Part shown: positions 30,242-39,773 of the stretch, in pieces
Layout of the letters: each line of letters opens with the position of its first letter
How positions within the stretch are numbered: the first letter of the stretch is position 1
From: Bacillota bacterium
GTDB lineage: Bacteria > Bacillota > Dethiobacteria > DTU022
Assembly (NCBI GenBank): GCA_051748565.1
Contig: JBNJHN010000001.1
Coordinates: 8,593-72,592 of the forward strand
Direction of reading: 5' to 3'
DNA: 64,000 bases
The notes under the pieces: model-generated
The model's database searches: none
Seen by the model: the letters and a program-made list of their open reading frames with translations, nothing else
Told to the model about the DNA's origin: nothing
Position numbers and translations under genes: made by a program

Positions 30242-31339
30242 TTGGCTATGCTCACATATCAGGCCCTGGTGAAAAAAATAAATGAGGGTATTTTTAATTC
30301 CGTTTACCTTTTTTACGGGGATGAGAGGTTTTTACAGGAAGAGCTGGCGGAACTGCTGGCAGCTGCATATCTCGGGGAGGACATAGATTTTGGCAGAGAA
30401 AAAGTGGAAGGTAATAATCTTAGCCTGGAAGAAGTAATAGCCAGGCTCAGTGAGACAGGACTCTTTTCTGAGCGGCGCCTGCTAATCGTTGATAGTCCTC
30501 CTTACCTGGCTGCATCAGGCAGGGGCGAACAGGCTGCTTCAGAAGAGGAAAATAAAAATATTGACCGTGGAACTGATTTCACCTCTTTACTTGAAGACTA
30601 TATTAATCGGCATACTTCCGGGATACCGGGCAGTATACTCGTATTTCTGGCTTCAAGAATAGATCGCAGGAAGCGTCTTTACAAGCTTATTGATAATAAA
30701 GGGACAGCAGTTGAATGCACTGCTTTAAAAGGAGAGGCGTTGGCATCATGGATCAGGAATAAGGCCGGCCGGTTGGGTAAAAAAATAGATCGGGCTGCCG
30801 TGGAAAAACTGCTTATGGCCGATGAGCATAACCTTCATTATATATCAGGGGAATTGGAAAAATACTCTGCTTACCTGGGAGAAGAGGGAAAAATAATTTC
30901 CGCTCAAACAGTTGATACCCTTTTTTCCGGTGATATTCAGGGTGATATTTTTAGGTTGTCAGATGCTATAGCCGAAGGAAACACAGCTAAAGCGCATGAT
31001 ATACTGGAACTCTTACTGAGAAGGCGTGAAAAGCCTCTTCTTATTTTTTTTATGGTAGTGCGGCATTACCGCCTGCTTTTACAGGCACACTGCTTACAGC
31101 AAGCGGGTATTCCCCATAACGAATTTGCTTCCACCCTTGAAGTTCACCCTTTTGCTGCCCGCAAGTTAAGAGAACAGGTTGTAAGCTTCAATAGGTATGC
31201 TTTGGAAGAAGTTTTACTTGCCCTGCAAAAAGCCGATATGCAGATTAAAACGGGACAGATCGAATCTAATCATGCGCTGAGGCTGATTTTGAACCGGATC
31301 GCTTACATACAGGATAGCGCCTGCAATGGCAAATCTTAA
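30242..31339 (+). CDS. holA: DNA polymerase III subunit delta
   Basis: 365 aa delta-subunit architecture. The conserved comEC-holA-rpsT(reverse) neighbourhood holds, apart from a 7-kb insertion. Confidence 0.75.
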   Translation: MAMLTYQALVKKINEGIFNSVYLFYGDERFLQEELAELLAAAYLGEDIDFGREKVEGNNLSLEEVIARLSETGLFSERRLLIVDSPPYLAASGRGEQAASEEENKNIDRGTDFTSLLEDYINRHTSGIPGSILVFLASRIDRRKRLYKLIDNKGTAVECTALKGEALASWIRNKAGRLGKKIDRAAVEKLLMADEHNLHYISGELEKYSAYLGEEGKIISAQTVDTLFSGDIQGDIFRLSDAIAEGNTAKAHDILELLLRRREKPLLIFFMVVRHYRLLLQAHCLQQAGIPHNEFASTLEVHPFAARKLREQVVSFNRYALEEVLLALQKADMQIKTGQIESNHALRLILNRIAYIQDSACNGKS

Positions 31340-31369
31340 TGACCGGTATTAAAGAAAGGAGAGTCTAAT

Positions 31370-31897
31370 ATGAAAAACAGACCGGCGGTTGATAGGGAAC
31401 AATTAATAAAAGATGTATATCAGCGCGGCTATGAATTGGAGCAAAGGTACTATGGTTGCGCACAGTGTGTAGTTGCGGGCATACAGGATTTTTTCCCTGT
31501 TCACAATACTTTGTTTAAGGCAGCAACATCTTTTTCTGGCGGTTTTGCCTCAACAATTGAGGGACCCTGTGGAGCTCTAACCGGTGGCATTCTTATTCTC
31601 AGTTATTTTTTCGGACGCTCACGTGAAGAGTACTCTGATATCAGCTTGCTGCGCCGGCCAGGTCCGCTGGTCAGAATATACTGGGATAAGTTTATCCAGA
31701 CTTATGGCGGCGATAGCTGCAGGCAGGTGCAGGCCCATCTTTTTGGCAAAGCATATCATTTTTTGGATAATGAGGAATACTCTGCGTATGAAGAAGCCGG
31801 CGGTCACCTTGATAAATGTCCTGCGGTTGTCGGCCAGGCCGGTGCCTGGCTGGCGGAACTGCTTATAGATAACAAGGTGCCTGTTCTGAAAAGATAG
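31370..31897 (+). CDS. C_GCAxxG_C_C family putative redox-active protein (Cys form)
   Basis: 175 aa with the spaced Cys pattern typical of the family (YGCAQCVVAG ... CGALTGG ... CRQVQ ... DKCPAVV). Confidence 0.55.
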   Translation: MKNRPAVDREQLIKDVYQRGYELEQRYYGCAQCVVAGIQDFFPVHNTLFKAATSFSGGFASTIEGPCGALTGGILILSYFFGRSREEYSDISLLRRPGPLVRIYWDKFIQTYGGDSCRQVQAHLFGKAYHFLDNEEYSAYEEAGGHLDKCPAVVGQAGAWLAELLIDNKVPVLKR

Positions 31898-31936
31898 CTA
31901 AAACCCGGCAATGAATATAAAGTAATAATGAACAAA

Positions 31937-31980
31937 CCGACCTCTTATCCGCTTTAGCAGGATAAAGGTCGGTATTTATT
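31937..31980. terminator. Bidirectional rho-independent terminator between the holA operon (+) and rpsT (-)
   Basis: CCGACCTcTTATCC-loop-GGATAAaGGTCGG (13 bp) flanked by T-rich tracts on both strands. Confidence 0.55.
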
Positions 31981-32029
31981 TGCCGGTAGACCTGTTAAAC
32001 CGTTTACGGCTTGGTCCTGTCGTTATGAA

Positions 32030-32299
32030 TTAAACCGCAGTAATGTTGTGAAGCTGCCGGTTCAGGCGTGATTTTTTCCGGGCTGCATTGTTCTTGTGCA
32101 AAATACCTTTGGCTGCGGCTCTATCGATCTGGCGTACTGCGGCATGAAGTTTGGCCTGCGCATCTTCATGATCTCCATTTTGCAGTGATTCCTCGAAGCG
32201 GCGAATCGAAGTTTTAAGCAAACTCTTTATACGCCGGTTGCGGATTTCACGTTTTAAATTTTGTCTGGCTCTCTTTGCAGCCGATTTAATATTTGGCAA
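32030..32299 (-). CDS. rpsT: 30S ribosomal protein S20
   Basis: 89 aa, MPNIKSAAKRARQNLKRE... typical bS20. Confidence 0.9.
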   Translation of the reverse strand: MPNIKSAAKRARQNLKREIRNRRIKSLLKTSIRRFEESLQNGDHEDAQAKLHAAVRQIDRAAAKGILHKNNAARKKSRLNRQLHNITAV

Positions 32300-32631
32300 A
32301 ATTATAACCTCCTTCTTTTGCTTTAGGGCACTAAAATATTACCATCAGTGCTGATAAAAAGCAAGCCTTGGTTCAATATTCAACAACAATTAACCTGCTT
32401 TACCCTGAAAGAAAGCCTGTATTAACAATATAGAAGGCAGGAAGGAGTAGAATGAGCTCGTACCGAAGTATTTAAAGCCGGGAAAGCTTTTTCAGCGCAT
32501 TCAACCAGAGATCAAGGTAAGCTGTCACACCTGGTTACTGCTGCACCTGGTATTTTAGATTCGCTATCAAAGATAATGCAGGGCCGGACTTTCCGTGCAG
32601 TAAACTAATTCAACCGTGAGGAGTGGAAATT

Positions 32632-34212
32632 TTGAAAGTGTTAAGCCGGGAATCTATGAAAGCCGTTGATCTCCAGGCTGTCGAGCAGTTTGGTGTGCCC
32701 GGAGCAGTTTTGATGGAAACAGCCGGTTTGAGAATGGTTGAATTTATTCGCTCCCGTTTCACTGATTCAAGCCGGGTAATTATCCTGGCAGGGCCCGGTA
32801 ACAACGGCGGTGACGGATTCGTAGCTGCCAGGTTGTTAAAAAAGGCAGGATTTGCCGTATCCCTGTGGAGCACAGTCAAGCAAGGCGGCTACAGGGGTGA
32901 CGCAGCAATAAATGAAAAATATTTAAGCAAATTATCTTTCCCTGTTCAGAGAATAAACAGTCCTGCTGATCTTGATCCCCTTCGGGGTGATTTAAAATAC
33001 GCCGATCTGATAGTCGATGCCCTCCTTGGTATTGGTGCCGACAGAGATGTAACCGGGTTGTTGGCGGAGATTATTAATGTTGTTAACAGCAGTGGTGTAC
33101 CGGTGCTGGCAGTTGATATCCCTTCAGGAGTGAATGCCGACAGCGGTGCGGTGATGGGCTGCGCGATCAGGGCTAAATGGACGGTAACTTTTGCTTCACC
33201 GAAATTTGGTTTAATATTATATCCCGGGGCAGGTTGTGCAGGTGAAATAGTGGTCGGCGATATTAATGTTCCTGATATGCTCATGGAAAATGAGATGATC
33301 GATTTGATTGATTCCCCATTCGTAAGAAAAGTATTACCGGATCGCCCGGTTGATGCTCACAAAGGAAGCCTGGGGCGGGTTTTGATTGTGGCCGGCTCAC
33401 CGGGGATGAGCGGCGCTGCCGCCCTGGCTGCTGAATCTGCTTTAAAAGGCGGTGCTGGTTTGGTTTATCTTGCGGCGCCTGAAAGCGCCTGCACGGCTCT
33501 CGATGCGAAACTGGTTGAAGTAATTACTATAGTCCTGCCCGAAAAAAACAGGGGTGCGATTGATCCCTCTGCTGCCGAAATCATAATCGATAAGGCTCGT
33601 GAGTGTGATGTTCTTGCGGTTGGGCCCGGCCTTGACACCGGTGAAGTAACCTCAGAATTGATTTACAAACTGGTCCAACTTAGCCCGGTACCGATGGTTT
33701 TTGATGCAGGTGCACTTGGAGCCCTGGGTAAAAAGATGAACATGCTTCGCTCAGCCATGCACATGCCGGTAATTACTCCCCACCCTGGTGAAATGGCCCG
33801 CCTGATTGGTAAAACCGCTGGAGAGGTACAAAGCAGTCGCCTTGAAACCGCCCTAAAAAATGCCAATTTATGGAATTGTATCTTAATGTTGAAAGGACCA
33901 AATACAATCATTGCTACACCGGATGGGCGGGCATCTATTAACCCCACCGGAAGCCCCTCACTTTCCACTGCCGGTTCCGGTGATTTGCTGACCGGACTTG
34001 TTGCATCATTTATTGCTCAGGGAGTTATACCTGCGGATGCTGCCAGGGCCGGTGCTTTTATGCATGGCCTTGCCGGAGATCTGATCCCCGAGGGACGCGG
34101 ACATATGGCCCGTGACATTCTGGCAAATTACAAAAAAGCATTTAAATTCCTTGAAAATTGTGATCAAAGAGTAGCCGGTAACCCTTATCTGATAAGTTTA
34201 AGGCCCGGATAA
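32632..34212 (+). CDS. nnr: Bifunctional NAD(P)H-hydrate repair enzyme Nnr (YjeF-N epimerase plus YjeF-C ADP-dependent dehydratase)
   Basis: TTG start 8 nt after GAGGAG. The N-terminal domain has GPGNNGGDG and the C-terminal carbohydrate-kinase-like domain has GSGDLLTG. Confidence 0.85.
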   Translation: MKVLSRESMKAVDLQAVEQFGVPGAVLMETAGLRMVEFIRSRFTDSSRVIILAGPGNNGGDGFVAARLLKKAGFAVSLWSTVKQGGYRGDAAINEKYLSKLSFPVQRINSPADLDPLRGDLKYADLIVDALLGIGADRDVTGLLAEIINVVNSSGVPVLAVDIPSGVNADSGAVMGCAIRAKWTVTFASPKFGLILYPGAGCAGEIVVGDINVPDMLMENEMIDLIDSPFVRKVLPDRPVDAHKGSLGRVLIVAGSPGMSGAAALAAESALKGGAGLVYLAAPESACTALDAKLVEVITIVLPEKNRGAIDPSAAEIIIDKARECDVLAVGPGLDTGEVTSELIYKLVQLSPVPMVFDAGALGALGKKMNMLRSAMHMPVITPHPGEMARLIGKTAGEVQSSRLETALKNANLWNCILMLKGPNTIIATPDGRASINPTGSPSLSTAGSGDLLTGLVASFIAQGVIPADAARAGAFMHGLAGDLIPEGRGHMARDILANYKKAFKFLENCDQRVAGNPYLISLRPG

Positions 34213-34233
34213 ATATTTTTGGGGGGAAAGAAT

Positions 34234-35472
34234 ATGCTTGATTGCCTGATGACAGAAGCGGAAAAAACCTTACAGGATGAAGTGCGTTCATTTGTCAGGG
34301 AAGATATCGACAGGCAGCTCTTACGCGATATGGATGAAGATAAAATTCTTTATCCACGGGAATTTCTGGAGAGAGCAGCCAAACGGGGCCTGCTCGGCTT
34401 GCGGTTCCCAAAGAAATATGGCGGGCGGGGTATGCCCTGGACTGCAGAAGTTGTTGCCCTTGAAGAAGTTGGAGTTCTCGGTACATCTCTGGGCTGTCTT
34501 TATTCACTGGTCAGTATTGTCGGAGAAGCTATCGACAAATTTGGTTCGGGCCTGCTCAAAGAAAAGTACTTGCGCCCTGCCATAGAAGGAAGGATGACAG
34601 TTGCTGAAGCTTTAACGGAACCGCGAGGCGGCTCAGATTTTTTTGGGGCAACCTGCACTGCGAGAAGAGAGGGCGACTACTACATTATAAATGGCCAAAA
34701 GCGTTTTGTAGTTGGAGCTGAAGGTGCCGATTATTTCATGGTCTATGCCCGAACCGATCCCGATGGGCCGCCTCACAAGTCGATCAGTGCTTTCCTTGTT
34801 GATCGCTGCCCTGAAATAAAAGTCGAATACCTTTACGGTTTGATGGGTACCCGGGGGGGAGGAACTGGGCGCCTGGTTTTTAAAGATGTTTATGTCCCTG
34901 CAGAAAACCTTTTGGGAGAAGAAAATAATGGTTCGGCAATATTTTACCAGATGATGATACCCGAGCGGATGACCAGCGCCGGAGGTGCGATTGGCATGGG
35001 TCGGGCCGCAATAGACGTGGCGGCACGGTACAGTACAAGACGTAAAGCTTTCGGAGCCAGTATTAAAAACTTTCAGGCGGTTAGTTTCAAGGTAGCCGAC
35101 AGCGTAACCTGCCTTGATACAGCCAGGGGTATAGTTTACCTCGCAGCCAGATCTGTCGATGGCGGTGATCCACCCGGCAGATCAAGACGTTTGGTTTCTG
35201 AAGCTAAAAAAGTGGCAACTGAGAATGCCTGGAAAGTTGTTAACAACGCAATGCAGATCATGGGAGGTATCGGTTATTCAAACGTTTACCCAATAGAAAA
35301 AATGCTGCGCGATGTTCGCTTAATTATGATCTGGACTGGAACGAACGAAATTATGGATCTCATTATTCAACATGAATACTACAAAGAACTTGACAGGGAA
35401 GGCTTTAAAGGGCGGGACATAGAGTTTGATGCTGTCGAGGCCGAACAGGTTGATGAAAAGATTTATGAATAA
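34234..35472 (+). CDS. Acyl-CoA dehydrogenase family protein
   Basis: ACAD N-terminal, middle and C-terminal domain order over its full length. ATG after GGGGGGAAAG. Confidence 0.8.
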   Translation: MLDCLMTEAEKTLQDEVRSFVREDIDRQLLRDMDEDKILYPREFLERAAKRGLLGLRFPKKYGGRGMPWTAEVVALEEVGVLGTSLGCLYSLVSIVGEAIDKFGSGLLKEKYLRPAIEGRMTVAEALTEPRGGSDFFGATCTARREGDYYIINGQKRFVVGAEGADYFMVYARTDPDGPPHKSISAFLVDRCPEIKVEYLYGLMGTRGGGTGRLVFKDVYVPAENLLGEENNGSAIFYQMMIPERMTSAGGAIGMGRAAIDVAARYSTRRKAFGASIKNFQAVSFKVADSVTCLDTARGIVYLAARSVDGGDPPGRSRRLVSEAKKVATENAWKVVNNAMQIMGGIGYSNVYPIEKMLRDVRLIMIWTGTNEIMDLIIQHEYYKELDREGFKGRDIEFDAVEAEQVDEKIYE

Positions 35473-35494
35473 GGAAGGGGAAATAAAAAAGTCA

Positions 35495-36784
35495 ATGGGG
35501 AAAGAAACGCTAAAGATTGGCATGCTGGGCATGGGGACTATCGGCGGTGGTGTTGTTGATCTCCTGAAAAGTAACGGCAGCCTGATCAGTAAAAGAATAA
35601 ATATTAATTTGGCATTAAAACGGGTGTTGGATCGCGATCTTGGTCGTTTGCAGGCTTCAGGGCTTTCTGAGGACGAAATAACTGTTGATCCCGTCCAGGT
35701 TCTTGAAGACCCGGAGATTAAGATAGTGATAGAATTGATTGGCGGACTGGAACCGGCCCGCACTTTTATTATTAAGGCCCTGGAGAACGGCAAATATGTA
35801 GTTACTGCGAATAAAGATTTAATGGCCGCTCACGGCGAAGAACTTTTAGCTATTGCACGGGGAAAAAACCTGAATGTGTTTTATGAAGCGAGTGTCGGTG
35901 GCGGTATACCGCTGATTCGGCCTCTTAAACAGAGCCTTATAGCTGATCGAATCAATCGCCTGGTGGGAATTGTGAACGGCACGACCAATTACATCTTAAC
36001 CCGTATGTCACAGGACAACTTGAACCTTGAAGATGCACTTTTGCAGGCCCGGGAGCTTGGTTTTGCAGAAGCCGATCCCTCAAATGATATTGAAGGTCGT
36101 GATGCTGCTTATAAACTAATAATCCTTTCCGGTCTTGCTTTTGGAAGCAGTATCGATCCCGACAATGTTTTTGTTGAGGGTATTAAAGGGGTTACTTCTG
36201 AAGATATAGCTTATGCCCGGGAAATTGGTTATGTGATTAAACTTCTCGCTATAGGAGAGGTTTTACCTGATGGTCTTGCTTTAAGAGTCCACCCTGCCCT
36301 GGTGCCCCGGGATCACCCTCTTGCAGTAGTCGCCAATGAATTTAATGCAATTTTTATCGAGGGCGATGCTATTGGAGAAGTGATGTTCTACGGGCGCGGA
36401 GCGGGAGCGAAACCAACAGCGACTGCTGTATTGGCCGACGTGGCCGAAGCGGCGCGATATGTTTGCCATCAGTGTAACAGTGTCCAGGATGAGAGATTAG
36501 ATTATAAAGCATCTTTTGTTCCGATCAAAGATCTGAGCGCACGGTTTTACCTGCGTTTTCTCGCTGATGATCGGCCCGGGGTTTTTGCTGCATTGGCAAA
36601 TGCCTTTGGAGACGAGCAGGTCAGCCTCGATATGGTTATTCAAAAAAGGTGTGTCGGCAGCACGGCAGAGATAGTTCTGGTAACTCATACGGCGAAGGAA
36701 GAGGCTTTTCAAAAAGCATTGGGACGGGTTATGAACCTGTCGGCTATTAAGCCGAACCCAAGTATGATTCGCCTGCTCGATTGA
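35495..36784 (+). CDS. hom: Homoserine dehydrogenase (with C-terminal ACT domain)
   Basis: GMLGMGTIGGGV NAD-binding motif, Hom catalytic domain and ACT domain. Start chosen at the ATG after GGAAGGGG. The upstream in-frame Met codons overlap the preceding gene. Confidence 0.85.
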   Translation: MGKETLKIGMLGMGTIGGGVVDLLKSNGSLISKRININLALKRVLDRDLGRLQASGLSEDEITVDPVQVLEDPEIKIVIELIGGLEPARTFIIKALENGKYVVTANKDLMAAHGEELLAIARGKNLNVFYEASVGGGIPLIRPLKQSLIADRINRLVGIVNGTTNYILTRMSQDNLNLEDALLQARELGFAEADPSNDIEGRDAAYKLIILSGLAFGSSIDPDNVFVEGIKGVTSEDIAYAREIGYVIKLLAIGEVLPDGLALRVHPALVPRDHPLAVVANEFNAIFIEGDAIGEVMFYGRGAGAKPTATAVLADVAEAARYVCHQCNSVQDERLDYKASFVPIKDLSARFYLRFLADDRPGVFAALANAFGDEQVSLDMVIQKRCVGSTAEIVLVTHTAKEEAFQKALGRVMNLSAIKPNPSMIRLLD

Positions 36785-36817
36785 GGCCGGAAAGTAATAA
36801 GGAAGGCGGAAGTATCG

Positions 36818-37999
36818 ATGAGGTCTATGTTTTCTGCCCGACCTGCCTGGGTGGAAATTAATTTAGATTATATAGCACAAAACGTTAGTCAGTTCAGGCA
36901 TTTAATCGGTCCAATGACACAAATCATGGCTGTTGTAAAAGCTGATGGTTATGGCCATGGAGCGGTAGCCGTTGCTGAAACTGCGCTTAAATCCGGGGCA
37001 TCCAGCCTGGCTGTTGCTTTTGTCGAAGAAGCGATTAGTTTGCGGCAGGCGGGGATCGACGTCCCAATCCTTTTACTTGGTTATACCGATCCGGTCCATT
37101 TTTCTTCACTGATAGAATACAAGCTGACCCCTACTGTTTTCGGCTTTGAAACAGCAATTAATTTCTCACGGAAAGCGCAAGAGCATAATGTTACAATACC
37201 GCTTCATATAAAAATTGATACAGGTATGGGACGGATTGGCCTTCTGCCTGAAGAAGCGGTTGAGGTAATTTCTCGTATCACTCTTCTTCCAGGCCTGTTA
37301 ACTGAAGGGGTTTTTACCCACTTTGCAGCTGCGGAAGAAAAAGACGAGGTATATACCAGTGGACAGCTGAAACTATTTAACCGGGTTCTTGAACGCTGTC
37401 AAGAAAAAGGGATAACTTTCCCCCTGGTTCACGCGGCTAACAGTGCCGCCTCGATAAACCACCCTTCTGCAAGGTATAACCTGATTCGCCTTGGGCTGGC
37501 TATGTACGGCTATTACCCCTCGTCTGAGTTAAAGAGAAAAGATTTGCAGCTGTTTCCGGCTCTGACCTTTAAAAGCAGGGTGGTCCTGGTTAAAAAAGTA
37601 CCTCCGGGCACCGCGATCAGCTATGGCTGTACTTACCGTACTACAGGTGAGGCTCTTATTGCTACCATACCGGTCGGTTATGCAGATGGTTACAGCCGGC
37701 TTCAATCTAACAGGGGCCAAATCCTGATCAGGGGACTGCGGGCTCCGGTTGTCGGTAACATTTGTATGGATCATTTTATGGCTGATGTGACCCATATTCC
37801 GGGTGTGCGTTTTAATGATGAAGTGGTTTTATATGGCCGACAGGGTAATGAGCTGGTCAGTATAGAAGAGGCAGCAGAGATAATTGGCACAATTAATTAT
37901 GAGCTGCTTTGTGCGGTCAATAAGCGTGTTCCCCGTTTCTATTTTAAGGAAGGTAAACTCATCTCAATCCACGATTTTATCGAAGATTACATCATCTAA
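36818..37999 (+). CDS. alr: Alanine racemase
   Basis: PLP-binding motif AVVKADGYGHG and a full-length Alr sequence. Confidence 0.85.
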   Translation: MRSMFSARPAWVEINLDYIAQNVSQFRHLIGPMTQIMAVVKADGYGHGAVAVAETALKSGASSLAVAFVEEAISLRQAGIDVPILLLGYTDPVHFSSLIEYKLTPTVFGFETAINFSRKAQEHNVTIPLHIKIDTGMGRIGLLPEEAVEVISRITLLPGLLTEGVFTHFAAAEEKDEVYTSGQLKLFNRVLERCQEKGITFPLVHAANSAASINHPSARYNLIRLGLAMYGYYPSSELKRKDLQLFPALTFKSRVVLVKKVPPGTAISYGCTYRTTGEALIATIPVGYADGYSRLQSNRGQILIRGLRAPVVGNICMDHFMADVTHIPGVRFNDEVVLYGRQGNELVSIEEAAEIIGTINYELLCAVNKRVPRFYFKEGKLISIHDFIEDYII

Positions 38000-38031
38000 A
38001 CAAAGCGGTGTTAAATGAAATGCCTTTGGAG

Positions 38032-39171
38032 TTAAATCTGCCGGGGAAAATCGTCTATATTACGATTAAACCAGAGACGGTTTAACATAAGTGCTGCCAT
38101 TGCATGCGGCAGAGCTGATGGGTTCGTAATTGAAAGGGCATGCAGCAAAAAAGCTCCGGCAAGACTGGTGGTAAAACCGCTACGGAAATGCTGTTTAAAA
38201 ATTTTGCTATAGATTGATCCTGCCTCCCTGTTGTTTTTTTCTGCAGCGCTGATCGCCCCGACAGCAAGGATAGAGCTTTTAAAAGCGTTATAAAGGCCTT
38301 CCCCGGAGAATGGATCAATCAGCCCTGCTGCGTCTCCGGTTAGAAGCAGGTTGCCGGCCGCCGGCTTTCGCATCGGTCCAAAAAAAGGAAGTGGCCAGGA
38401 TTGGGGTTTTATATTATCAGGCTCCCCGGGAAAAATTCGGTTATATGCCTTTGACAAACCTTTCCTGCCGAATAAACCCCCGACACCATGGTTTGTCCAG
38501 TCAGGCCCGCTAAAAGACCAGCCCATGCCACCCAGAAAAGGCAGCGGATAAAACTTAACCGCACCTGTTTCAGCTACATTTGACCTTGCTTTTATAATTT
38601 TTGACATTCCCCATCCGGCCGGGCTGTTTTTATCCCTTCTCAACCCCGTGAGCTTTGCTGTCCGCCCCGCAGCCCCGTCTGCGGCGATCACATAACGGGC
38701 CAAATATTTTATTCCAGAGGAATTACCGGTTTCAAGAAGGTAGGGCCGGAATTTCTCTTTGTTATTTTCTACCCTGGTAATTTTTTGCAGGGAATGCCCT
38801 TCCATTATTACTGCACCATTACTGCAAGCGTATTTTGCCATAAGATGATCCAGTTGTTCTCTCTCGATTACTATTCCCAGGCGGGTTTTACTGTTATAAA
38901 TGTAAGGCTGCCGCTTTTTTATTATGCTTACCTGGTAAATGGATTCCGAAGGTAGTGAAGAAAGCCTTAAATCTTTCGGCAGCAGTGAAATGCTTCTTGC
39001 CGACATAAAACCCCCGCAGATTTTAACCCGGGGATAACTGCTTTTTTCCAAAATTATTGTTGAAAGGCCCGCTTTGGCAGCAAGAGCAGCAGCAAGTGTT
39101 CCTGCAGGGCCTCCCCCGATAACAGCAAGATCGTAATAGTGAAAATTAAGATCATTTATTTCATTTTGCAT
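38032..39171 (-). CDS. Geranylgeranyl reductase family FAD-dependent oxidoreductase
   Basis: N-terminal FAD-binding fold (YDLAVIGGGPAGTLAA) in a roughly 380 aa GGR-like sequence. Confidence 0.7.
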   Translation of the reverse strand: MQNEINDLNFHYYDLAVIGGGPAGTLAAALAAKAGLSTIILEKSSYPRVKICGGFMSARSISLLPKDLRLSSLPSESIYQVSIIKKRQPYIYNSKTRLGIVIEREQLDHLMAKYACSNGAVIMEGHSLQKITRVENNKEKFRPYLLETGNSSGIKYLARYVIAADGAAGRTAKLTGLRRDKNSPAGWGMSKIIKARSNVAETGAVKFYPLPFLGGMGWSFSGPDWTNHGVGGLFGRKGLSKAYNRIFPGEPDNIKPQSWPLPFFGPMRKPAAGNLLLTGDAAGLIDPFSGEGLYNAFKSSILAVGAISAAEKNNREAGSIYSKIFKQHFRSGFTTSLAGAFLLHALSITNPSALPHAMAALMLNRLWFNRNIDDFPRQI

Positions 39172-39418
39172 GTGTCGATTATAACACAGCCCGCCAATCC
39201 CCTAAATGTGTTCAACTTGACTGGGCAGCTAAGATAGATTAAAATAATTTTGTGATAAATAAAGTAAAAATAATTGTTAGAAAGAAGATCCTGCGGCTTA
39301 AAACGGGATTGAAAAAAAAGCCTGCGTTCTGCATTCCAGGCTATTTCTAACTTTTAGACCGGCTCAGGGAAGCCGGTTTATTGTTTTTAGGTATATTTGC
39401 AACGACAGGAGATTAAAA

Positions 39419-39727
39419 ATGATCATTGACTTTAGGAAAGAAGTTGACTATGTAGCCCGCCTTGCCCGCCTAGCCTTAAAACCGGATGAGAAATTGAAGA
39501 TGGCCGGACAGTTAAGCGATATACTCGAGACCGCCCGCCGTATTCAAGAGCTGGATACGGATGGTATTGAGCCTACTTCACACGTTATAGACCTTCCTGC
39601 CGTTATGCGGGAAGATGTAACCAGACCCTCGCTACCTCTTAACAGGGTACTTCAAAATGCACCCCGCCGTCAGAAGGATTTTTTCCGTGTTCCGAGCATC
39701 ACTGTTACCGGGCAGGACGAAACTTAA
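39419..39727 (+). CDS. gatC: Asp-tRNA(Asn)/Glu-tRNA(Gln) amidotransferase subunit C
   Basis: 102 aa GatC. RBS AGGAG. Confidence 0.85.
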   Translation: MIIDFRKEVDYVARLARLALKPDEKLKMAGQLSDILETARRIQELDTDGIEPTSHVIDLPAVMREDVTRPSLPLNRVLQNAPRRQKDFFRVPSITVTGQDET

Positions 39728-39773
39728 TACGCCAGAAGTACTTGACCCTATGTAATTTGAAATGAGGCCTATT

